This document shows positions 22,311 to 31,076 of a stretch of DNA of 64,000 nt, in pieces; positions within the stretch are counted from its first letter, which is position 1, and every line of letters starts with the position of its first letter. Source of the DNA: an uncultured Verrucomicrobiae bacterium (lineage in GTDB: Bacteria > Verrucomicrobiota > Verrucomicrobiia > Limisphaerales > SIBH01); assembly GCA_963760275.1 (NCBI GenBank), contig CAVXCM010000007.1:196921-260920 (forward strand), given 5' to 3'. The translations under genes were made by a program, and so were the position numbers. A model generated the notes under the pieces. It had not been told where the DNA came from and did not search any database. It saw only the letters and a program-made list of their open reading frames with translations.

Positions 22311-22889
22311 AATAGTTTCCTTTCCAACCGAAGTGCCTGGAGCTTGATGCTAGGCTCGCCACACAGCGAATCTAATAAACGGTTGTTCCGGCCGGCTGCT
22401 GCCTTTTAGGGCGCAGTGGGTTGTGGCCTTGAGCCAACTGTTGCACAAATACCCGAGCACTGAGTGTGATGTCGCGGCGGTCTGGCCAATCTTAACCCCA
22501 TTTCAGGGGCTCAATCCGCCTGGGCAAGTGGGAAGGAATGTGAGATGAAACCTTCAGACCGGACAGGCAGGCAGGACAAGCTGCTGCTGAATCACGATGA
22601 AGAAATCCCGGTAGGACCTGACAGAGCGCCTAGCGTCTTTTCTTGTATTTCCTGAGGCACCGTTCCGCATATCGAATGCCAACACGGTTGGCTGCTGTCC
22701 ACGCCCCATTCTTCCGGACTCCTTCCTGAAAGGCAGGTAGCAATAGATCGGAAAATGTCCCACGAACGCGGGAAAGGTAATCTGCTTCCCGCTCGCATCG
22801 CGCCCCACTGTCACTCGCGGCGCCAACCCGGAAAACCATCGCGTGCTTGTCTCATGGAAAGACAGCCAACAGACACGCTGTCTCGTTTA

Positions 22890-23215
22890 GCAAGTCTGCT
22901 GACCGCGTTTGCAGACTTGCTGAGCGGCTGTGCAGACTTGCTGAGCGGCTGTGCAGACTTGCTGAACGACTGTGCAGACTTGCTGAACGGCTGTGCAGAC
23001 TTGCTGAACGGCTGTGCAGACTTGCGGAACGGCTGTGCAGACCTGCTGAACGGCTGTGCAGACCTGCTGAGCGGCTGTGCAGACTTGCTGAACGACTGTG
23101 CAGACTTGCTGAACGGCTGTGCAGACTTGCTGAACGACTGTGCAGACTTGCTGAACGGCTGTGCAGACTTGCTGAGCGGCTGTGCAGACTTGCTGAACGG
23201 CTGTGCAGACCTGCT
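22890..23215. repeat. 21-bp tandem repeat (gcagacttgctgaacggctgt) x14 plus degenerate flanking units
   Basis: Full units at 22911-23204 with few variable positions; 11-bp inverted repeat at 22889-22921. Confidence 0.95.
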
Positions 23216-23318
23216 CCCGACGTTTGCAGGCTTGGTGGGCCTCTGGGTAACGGGGCTCGACGCTCTGGCCAGGTTCGCAACGAACGGAAGGAGGTTGCCA
23301 GGTAGGCGATGCGGAGTT

Positions 23319-23384
23319 CGAATGCAGAAGTCCGAATTGCGATGTCCAGATTAGTTCGACATTCCAAATTCGTCATTCGTCATT
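23319..23384. repeat. 66-bp REP-like element with attcgtc heptamers, copy 1
   Basis: cgaatgcagaagtccgaatt...aattcgtcattcgtcatt; direct copy at 23547-23612. Confidence 0.8.
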
Positions 23385-23391
23385 CGCTTCG

Positions 23392-23540
23392 TTCGTCCTT
23401 GAGCAGCTGCTCCAGCAACTCGGCGGCGACGTTCTTGTGCTTTAGGCCGCGCACTTCGGCGAGGAATTGGTCGCTCAGGATCGAGATGTCCGGCTTGGAC
23501 AATCCAGCGGCGGTGAAGACGTCGATCACCTGGCCCTGGG
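23392..23540 (-). pseudogene. hsdR: Type I restriction subunit R C-terminal (DUF3387) fragment
   Basis: [47 protein letters not shown]. Confidence 0.8.
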
Positions 23541-23546
23541 GAAGTG

Positions 23547-23612
23547 CGAATGCAGAAGTCCGAATTACGAAGTTCAGCCAGTTCGGCATTCGCGAATTCG
23601 TCATTCGTCATT
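23547..23612. repeat. 66-bp REP-like element, copy 2
   Basis: Direct repeat of 23319-23384. Confidence 0.8.
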
Positions 23613-23614
23613 TT

Positions 23615-23685
23615 CCACTCCGTCACCACCTGCACCCAGCGCTTCTTGCCGTCTTCCTGTTCGAGGATGTTCTCCTGTCCGGCGA
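23615..23685 (-). pseudogene. hsdR: Second short HsdR fragment
   Basis: AGQENILEQEDGKKRWVQVVTE resembles the HsdR segment preceding DUF3387. Confidence 0.6.
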
Positions 23686-25741
23686 TTAGACAAACCGGCA
23701 GCGCTTAGCTCTGCGATGCACTCACGCACTAGTCTCTTTGCTTTGGGAAGGAACTTGTAGCTGATGCGCTTCGTTGGCTTGCCCGTCCTCCCGATCAACG
23801 GATGGGATGCCATGCTTTCGTACCGGCGATCATGAACTTCCGTCGCCAGTTCATAGGTCTTGGGAAACTTCCTCGCGAGCTTGCCCGTTGGTGCGTTCAA
23901 AACGCTACCGATATGGCCGAGGTTGTAGCCACCGACGGTTCCGTCGCTGCTGACAACGGCATCCAACAGCAGATCATCAAACACATCGAGGAAGTTGACG
24001 AAACCGGTGATGTTCACGCCGGAAGCGGCGACGGTCTCGATTGCCTGTAGTTCAGCCTGGTCATAGCGCGTTCCAAAAAGTTTACGCCAGTTCAGTGCTG
24101 GAATGCGGGAATCGAGTTTGCGGAGTGCGTGATTGATTCCGCAGTAGTTGGCCGTCGAGCGCTGAATGATCCCAAGCTCACGCATAATCAGTTCGGCGGA
24201 TTTGTTCCAACCCCGCCGTCTGCCGGGTGGCAGGTAGGCAGTTTCCATACCCTTCCATCCGGCGGCGAGTGCGGCATCTCGTCCTCGATCAGTCACTCCC
24301 GCCTCGACGATTTGTTGAGCGTGTTCCTGCCCAACTGAGACGGGCTGGCGGCATTGATCAGGGATGCACGAACCCACCACGCGGGCGCAACTTTGCAGGC
24401 ATAGGCAATCTGGCTGGCGGACAGAGTGCCGGTGCGAATCAGGAACCGGCCCGTGGCAACCTGCAGGTCGGCGTGCATACCCTTTGGAGACCACGATTTC
24501 TTCAACAGCCGTGCCATGGCCCTGTCCTCGGCGACTGGAAGGCGCCCATCTGCTGCGTCGATAAACTCTGCGCGCACGGATTGGTAAAGCGTGCTGGCTT
24601 TCACGAGCTCGACCAGCTTCGAGGCAGGCACACGAGGCAGCTTGGCGTAGCGTCGTAGGTAGTTGCAGACGCTCCGGTAGATTTCGGGGTGCTTCTCCAG
24701 AATCCGCCACAGCCGGGCGGTCAGAATCGTGCGGAGGCGTCGCGTGCGCTAGCAGATATTTGAAGCGAGTGGGGTTGCTGATTCGATAGCGCGGGCGTCA
24801 GTTCCTCGATGCGCGTTAGCAGCTTTTTCTGATCCGTAAAGTTGGTCTTGATCGCCGCTTCCGGCGGGTTGGACACAGACTTCAGCTCGTCCTCAATGTT
24901 GTGGACGCGGTGGATGCTGATCTTGCCACTTTGCGGGAACAGACCGACATCCTTGCTCATCAGATCGAGCGAAACGAGTAGGCGACGCAAGTCGTGCTCG
25001 TTCTTGGCGAAGAGTCGAATGTCGTCCACATAGCGGAAGTAGCGGAACATCGACGCCGGGGAGTCTTCAGCTCGTCGAGATGGACAAGCACGACTTCGGA
25101 GAGGAGGCCGGACGAAACGGTCCTTGAGGGATGCCGTGACCGTGGTGATGCCCGCTCGGTCGCGGTCCACTTCTCCAGCCACCGCGGCAACTTATGCAGA
25201 AGTCCGGGTCGAGGCCGAGCTTGTCGAGGAAGTGGCGGAGCACGCGGTGGTCGAGACTGTCGTAGCAGGCGGTGAGGTCGAAGCTGGCGGTATAGACGTA
25301 GCCGCCGCGAATGCGTCTCGGGCGTATTCGTTGAAGGCTTTGTAGCCGTCGCTCCATTTTCGGTAGAACCAGGTCGATGTCTTGCCGACGTAGAGGTGCC
25401 CGAAGACTTGTTTGATGTAACGTTGGTCGACTCGGGGCCAGCTTCTCCGCGATGAGGTTGACGGCTGCTTGATAAACGATCTGGTCTTCGACGCTGGGCA
25501 ACGAAAACGGACGGAGGATGCCGGAGGCTTTGGGGTGAAAAAGCTTGCAGGCCGATTCGGGTTCGTAGATGTCCGCTTTAGCCTGTCAGCGAGGTCATCA
25601 AGCAGCGCCTCCTCTGCGACGGCATACTGTTGGTAGAGCGGTCGGAAGTAGGACTTGTAGGAAGCGTCTGCATTCGACCGCAGCCAACGCCACGCTCGGC
25701 GGCAGGTTTTCTGGGTGACGCAGTTGGTTGAGGTCCGACAT
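23686..25741 (-). CDS. Reverse transcriptase, UG/Abi (AbiA-like) class: RT + helical region + putative HEPN; multiple frameshifts
   Basis: Reconstructed across frames: MSDLNQLRHPENL-RRAWRWLRSN, PKASGILRPFS, DQIVYQA, FYRKWSDGYKAF, FDLTACYDSLDH, GIPQG, YFRYVDDIRLF, C-terminal HDRRYESMASHP. Confidence 0.85.
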
Positions 25742-25851
25742 GCAAAGGCTCAGCCGTTGAAGATGCGGTCGAGTAGCAAGGGGTCAAGCGTTTCACATAG
25801 CTCTCCGCCTGAGCATCCCGGTAACGCTGCGCTGGAGAATAGTAGCACAGG

Positions 25852-27316
25852 CTAATTAGCATCTGGGATTTTAATCAGGTTCTCAACCGAACAAGCTAAA
25901 GCAGCTAACGATGATTTCACGGCGGCCGGGCCGAAAAACGCCCCGTCCTTGTGCATAACATCATTGAGTTCCGCAATCTGCTTGGTGCAGTTCGAAATGG
26001 CCCCAAGCAAATCAGAGGAGTATGGCAACCTCATTCCCGCAATCTTCTTCTTCAGTTTATTGGCGACATTATCCAGCAAATCACTGTGGCCTTTTTGCTG
26101 TTGATCGGGCGTTTCTTCATAGCAGCCCAGTCTCTTAGCGTGATGTTTCAGCGTTGTTTCAATCATGGCGCGGGTCAGCGCGGCACACGCGACTGGAAAC
26201 TCTCTATACTGCTGAAGCCTGCAATACTCGTAGAAAATAGCGGACGCCTTCTTGCCCACGTTTTTTCTCAGTGAAAGAATTTGCCGATCTGTGGGAGGGG
26301 TGTCGCCTCCTGGCTGGGTTAGGATCCATTGCTACCCTCGTTGCCAGATGTACTCCCAGCGCTGCCGCTATCACCCGGTTTCCCAGCTCCAGCGGGCTTG
26401 CTGCCCTTTGGCTCTGGGGTGGGCTGTGTTTGGCTTGGAGAAGCTGGTTTGAACCCATTCGGCAGGATTGATTTCCAGAACTCTTGCCGCGACTCTTCGT
26501 TGTTTGCAGACCTACGGGTAAATCCGCCTTCAAGTGTTGACTTTGCAAATCCAAGATATGCGCGATGGATGACTTCCACGACCTCACGGTTGTTAGGAAC
26601 TTGATACACGCCATCAGAATCCCAGGGCGAATCCGAGCATCTTTGGAAATGCAGAAAACGATGTTGTTACGCGCTCAAAATTGGTGATGCCATCATCTTC
26701 AAGCTGGAAGTCCGGAATGTGGATCATCATTGCTTCGTAGAGCAGCCATATGTTGATCTCCTTGCGGATTTCAGTCTGTGTAGCTCCGGTGACCTCGGCG
26801 ATGTCCTGAATGGACTGTCCAGCCTTGTGATTGTCGTAGTGAGATGCATAGCGAGCTAATGTTTCCCACTCGCGAGAACCTTCATTGTGCGCCCGATACA
26901 CAATTCTCTTGGCGTCGCTAATACTCGAAGTCACCCAGTATCTGATTTTGCCAGGAACCAATCCTTTGAGCTTCTCGCAGTCAGCGCGGAGACCATGCCG
27001 AGTGCTCGGCACGAGGGTGAGGTCATGGATCATCTTGAGCGCCGCGACTCGCCTATTGCCGTCAATAACCACAAGCTGCGATTTCCCTGGAGCCTTGAAC
27101 ACTACTGGGATTTCATTGTTTAGATATCCTCGGTCTGCCAATAGGTGCTTGATCACTTGGCTTGGAGACTGCGAACCCATCCTGCACAGTCTTTCGATTA
27201 GCTCTTTCTCAGATGTGCCACCAGGGTGGAGACGCAGGCGCGGGATTTAGTCGATGAGCAAGGCGCAAAGTTGCGACGCTGACTTCACGGGAGCTGATTT
27301 GGCAGAACTCTTTCAT
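25852..27316 (-). CDS. ParB/Srx-like N-terminal domain protein with a HEPN-like C-terminal helical domain (frameshifted)
   Basis: NPR.., VVIDGNRRVAALK, proline-rich linker, FPVACAALTRAMIETTL...LNDVMH; joins ORFs 26614-27180, 26319-26609 and 25852-26259. Confidence 0.65.
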
Positions 27317-28193
27317 TTGATTGCGGATTGTGATGGGAATTTCAGTTTATCAGCGAGGGTTATAAATTCCCTCCTTCTACCTTTGTTCGCGAGTGCGTGG
27401 TGCGTGTGAATCGTTGTGTGCTGGTGTTGCTTGTAAAGTTCCAAAATCTCCGGGCAGAGGTCATAGCTCAGGACCCATGATTGATCGTGGAACTCATCAG
27501 GAAGTCACGGAGAGCCTCGTGGTCGCTGTGCGTGTATGCGTTCAGATAAAGCTCCGCAGCCTTGTGGTAATACGGTGGGTCCAAGTAAACAAAATAGTCT
27601 TCCAGCGTTTCCGCAGCTCGCCGGAGGAGTGTGATCGCATCCATGTTTCGTGCTGTGATCCGGTGCCGGTTCTCGTGTAGGAACTTGACCTTTGCTTTCA
27701 GTGCCGGTCGGTGGAAGCGACAGTCTATTGAGTAGCTGCCGGATTGGTCATAGCCGCCGATCGGCCCCCCGCAGCGCTTAATGACTCCTGACACGCAAGT
27801 TCGGTTAAGGTAAAAAGCCGCAAATCCAAGCTCAAATCCCCGTGCCCGTCCCCTCAAAATGCGGCGTTGGTTGTGCCATTCTTCGACATCGAGCTCAACG
27901 GTCTGTATGAGCTCCATGAACCGTTCACCCTCAGTTAAAGCTGCCTTCCAGAACCAATAGACTGCCGGGTCTTTGTCATTGAGTGTAACTGAGCACTGTA
28001 CGCCAGTGCGTAGTAATTCGAGAGCGGCGCCTGCACCCCCTGCATATGGCTCTAGATAATGGCATCCGTTCAATCCGTTCAGTTCGATTACCGCCGCTAG
28101 GTAAGGGGCGAAAGATCGCTTTCCGCCGGGATACCGCAGCGGGCTGATATGCCTCTGCAACTGGAGGGCGACGTATTTTTCAGGCGGGCTCAT
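27313..28193 (-). CDS. Dam/D12-class N6-adenine DNA methyltransferase (frameshift near 27475)
   Basis: SPLRYPGGK, EPYAGGAG, YLNRT, YLDPPYY; continues as WVLSYD...SAIK-stop with an ATGA overlap into the ParB-like gene. Confidence 0.9.
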
Positions 28194-28426
28194 TGCTTCA
28201 TCGGTTCAGTCGGTTGTCCGGCCTGGTGTGCAAACCGACCTGACAATTTTGGAAATGCCGCGAGATGCGCGGTCAGTAGTGCGCCCGCGCCCGCGTCCAG
28301 CAAGCGCACCGTTCGCGGAAGCGGGCCGAACATGGAAGCCATGAAGCCAGCTACCGGCGAGGCGGTAAGGAACTGTCCGAGTTCCTCATGCCTTTCATTG
28401 GGGTTGGCTGTGGCCACAAGTCTCAT
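28190..28426 (-). pseudogene. N-terminal remnant of a BsuBI/PstI/Eco57I-type methyltransferase
   Basis: LGQFLTASPVAGFMASMF...RLLDAGAG, after which similarity is lost. Confidence 0.65.
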
Positions 28427-28452
28427 GTCTTTATGCTACCAAACTGAGGTCC

Positions 28453-28610
28453 GTGGTGGATGAAGTGCTGCACGCAGGCGAAGTTGGCGTTGCCCTTGGG
28501 CGGCAAATCATTTCGACACCTCACCCCGGCCCTCTCCCCGTTCGAGGCGGAGAGGAGAAGAAGCGCACGTCGGCGTCCTTGCGGAACCAGTCAGAGTGGT
28601 TGAAGGGCGA
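28453..28610 (-). pseudogene. hsdM: HsdM motif IV region fragments interrupted by a palindromic repeat
   Basis: PFNHSDWFRKDADVR (28562-28610) and PPKGNANFACVQHFIHH (28453-28503). Confidence 0.75.
28519..28555. repeat. REP-like palindrome cctcaccccggccctctccc...ggagagg
   Basis: Imperfect hairpin cctctcc...ggagagg inserted between hsdM pieces. Confidence 0.6.
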
Positions 28611-28617
28611 TATTGGC

Positions 28618-29764
28618 TCAGAATTCTTCATCATCGGCGAAATACTCTGCAGTTTTTTGGAGGAAGTCTGGCTTCAGCGAAGTCGCGAGGCCGAGCTTCC
28701 GAATTCCGTCCAACTTTTCCATCAACTTCGAGAAACTGATGAATCCGCAGACCTTCGCGAGGGGCTTTTCACGAAGGGCAAATGTCGGGCGTAGAATCTC
28801 CTGCTCGACTTTGTCCTGTCGTTCCTCCGGGGCGACTAGAAATAAATTGATTTCAAGGTTCGGCTGCAATGCGAGGAGGTCGCTCATGCGAAGCAGGCCA
28901 GAGTAAACCGCCGTGGTGCATTCGACCTCAAATGCGGCGACGATGGAGTTCCCCTTGAGCCAGAGTCCATCGATCGACTCGATGGTGCGGTTGGTCGCTT
29001 CGTTGAATTGGGTGGGCGACTCGGTGACCATGCGCGGAAGTTCGCCGAGCGTCTTGCCCTGCCATTTCTTGGAGCGGTCATTGCGCGCGACCCAGAGGTC
29101 GAAGCCCATGTCTACGCCCAAGGTGAGAAGGTTGTATTGAATCTCAGTGTGGCGTGTCGTCGCTGTTGCCTCCTGCTCGGTCGTGAAGTCTGGCTTGCCC
29201 GTTTGCTCTTCGGGTTCGTCGGATTCAGGGACGCTGACCTTCGTCGCGACTGTGGTTTTTCCTTTCTTTTGCTCGGCAGTGTAGAGGGGTTTGCGTGCGA
29301 GCTTCTTGGGGTCGACGGGGCGAGCGATGGGGTTGGTTTGCGCCTGTTTGAGAAGGGAGCCGGATAAGCTCGCCGTCCTTGGGATTCGTAAAGCGGTTCG
29401 GGCTGGAACGGACGAATGCCTTGAATTTACCTCGGTCTTTTCGGCCAGTGTAAAAGGCAACTTTACCCTCAAGCTCCATCATCGGGACTCCGTGTTCTGG
29501 GTTGAGTTGGATGAGTGGCTTCACCTCGAAGCGAATGGGAAATCTTCATCACCCCAAATCTTCGACTGGTCGTCGGTCGCTCGCACCACTTCCAAAGCGC
29601 CCACCCAGCGCATTACTCCAGTGAGGTAGCAGAGGAGAATGTCACCGGGTTGAACTTTCGCCGCAGCATTGCGCATTCTCTTGCGGAACCCGGAGATTCT
29701 TCAGCCCGGACTTTTGGAACTCGTTCCAAGTAGTGCCAGTGAAGAGGTCGAGCCAGTAGTTCAT
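28618..29764 (-). CDS. EVE/PUA-like domain + PD-(D/E)XK nuclease (putative modification-dependent restriction), frameshifted
   Basis: MNYWLDLFTGTTW, VQPGDILLCYLTGVMRWVGALEV; C-terminal HTEIQ..L..LG, IDGLWLKGNSIVAAFEVECTT.VYSGLLRM.DL. Confidence 0.8.
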
Positions 29765-29789
29765 AGGTCAGTTCATTTCAAATTTCCAA

Positions 29790-30114
29790 AAGAGCTGGCC
29801 GGGGAGGGCGACCATGCAGTCCACGAGGTCGGCCTCGATGAGGGCGCGGCGGATGGCGTCAGCGTGCTCGGGGCGGAAGTTGGCGGTGATGGCGGATTTG
29901 CAGAAGCGGGGGATGTCGGCGTGATCGTGGTGGGGTGAGACTCCGTCGAACCCTAACTTCTTTCCCGGCCCGCTTCTTTGATCAGGGTTCGAGAGACTCT
30001 CACCCCACCAGGTAAATGACCACGGCAAGCGTGGTAGATGGAGACGCTTTTATGGATGGTGGCGGTGCTGTTGTTTTGCGAGTTATTGCTGGCTGTGGAT
30101 TTTGGGCGGGCCAT
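29790..30114 (-). pseudogene. hsdM: Mosaic of HsdM fragments (N-terminus plus scrambled internal pieces)
   Basis: MARPKSTA...STA; ADIPRFCKSAIT / ANFRPEHAD / IRRALIEADLVDCMVALPGQLF. Confidence 0.7.
29929..30009. repeat. Inverted pair of REP-like units (ggtggggtgagactccgtcgaaccc); further copies at 30280-30303, 32130-32153 and 32166-32189
   Basis: 29929-29953 and 29985-30009 are near reverse complements. Confidence 0.8.
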
Positions 30115-30251
30115 GTGCGTCCGCTGAAGTTGCCAAAGTGCGGAAGCAGGCGGCAAGGGAAAGTCATTCTTCGTAGTGGGTTGTTGTCATTCAGGAGGCG
30201 GGACGGTTTCGGGCGGGCCAGCATCGTTCTCTTCCTCTTCACTTCTTCTTT

Positions 30252-30493
30252 TTCAAGAGTGTGAGGAAGGCTCGCGGGTGGCTCGACGGAGTCTCGCCCC
30301 ACCTACACTGCTTTCGGGTCGGTGGCGGGTTGGCATTCTGATTTGCGCATGCATTGTGGGCGGGTAGGAATCGCCAGTTTGACACGAATATGAATTCGAA
30401 ACTTTTCAGCAGTGTTGTTGCTGTCACGTTGTGCGCACAGTGGGGGCTGGATGCCGCCAGTTTTGATTGGCCTCAATGGCAGGGACCGAATCG
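30252..30493 (+). repeat. ~240-bp direct repeat, copy 1: upstream region and first ~35 codons of the 32276 propeller gene
   Basis: Near-identical to 32106-32379 ([34 protein letters not shown]). Confidence 0.95.
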
Positions 30494-30603
30494 AACTGGA
30501 AGAGCATTCTCATCGCCCGCTGGACGGGGAATTGATCCGCGCGTTGCACCATGATTTCTGCGGCGATCTCGTGCCGGACATTTATGACCGGCGGCTGTCG
30601 CAC

Positions 30604-30822
30604 TTACCGGAAGTCGTCCACGCTCAGGCCACTGCCTTCGATGATGCTTTTCAAGGTGCCGATCGGAATCGGTTTGTTCCCGTGCATGGCCACGATCACC
30701 TGCCGACCATTGGCGTGACGCCATTTCTGGTGGCTGCCTTTCTGGCTGACTTGCGCGAAGCCATTCCTGCGCAGAACACGAACCACGTCGTTCGCGTTGC
30801 AGACTGGGAACCGAACGCTCAC
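30604..30822 (-). CDS. hicA: HicA family toxin
   Basis: LRRNGF..VSQKGSHQKWRH...V.MHG.KPIPIGTLKSI; GTGA overlap with the hicB stop. Confidence 0.9.
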   Translation of the reverse strand: MSVRFPVCNANDVVRVLRRNGFAQVSQKGSHQKWRHANGRQVIVAMHGNKPIPIGTLKSIIEGSGLSVDDFR

Positions 30823-31022
30823 GTGAGCGCGACTTCCAACACTTTGGCCCCGGCAGGAAGCGGCTCGGGCGATGGCTCGAACCACAAGTCCAATGCTTCC
30901 TTCGCGTTGCGCACCGCTTCCTCTTCCGTGTCACCGGCAGAAGCGCAGCCCGGCAGTTCGGGGAAAACGGCGGACCAGCGTTTGGTTTCGGAATCGTGTT
31001 CGACAACGAGCCGGAGTTTCAT
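30819..31022 (-). CDS. hicB: HicB family antitoxin (short, no DNA-binding domain)
   Basis: WSAVFPELPGCASAGDTEEEAVRNAKEAL. Confidence 0.9.
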   Translation of the reverse strand: MKLRLVVEHDSETKRWSAVFPELPGCASAGDTEEEAVRNAKEALDLWFEPSPEPLPAGAKVLEVALT

Positions 31023-31076
31023 GCGATCAGGGTACGGAAGGTGGAATTAAGCCGCAAGCCAATGAATTGAAAGCCT

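Noticed and set aside
22311..22890. Known riboswitch (e.g. c-di-GMP) upstream of the FN3 gene
   Set aside because: Only short hairpins are visible and I could not match a consensus; needs an Infernal/Rfam search
22890..23215. 21-bp array as a CRISPR array or as an integrated product of the neighbouring RT
   Set aside because: It has no spacers; hsdR remnants separate it from the RT and no template RNA is evident, so proximity alone is insufficient
22755..23376. Repeat-derived ORFs (ADLLNGC, CRLAERL, SASLHSR) as annotated genes
   Set aside because: Open frames follow trivially from a 21-bp unit, and no start or SD evidence singles out one frame
25742..25851. Retron msr-msd or group II intron RNA next to the RT
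   Set aside because: The gap is ~110 bp with no evident a1/a2 inverted repeats; no VTG motif or intron domain V seen
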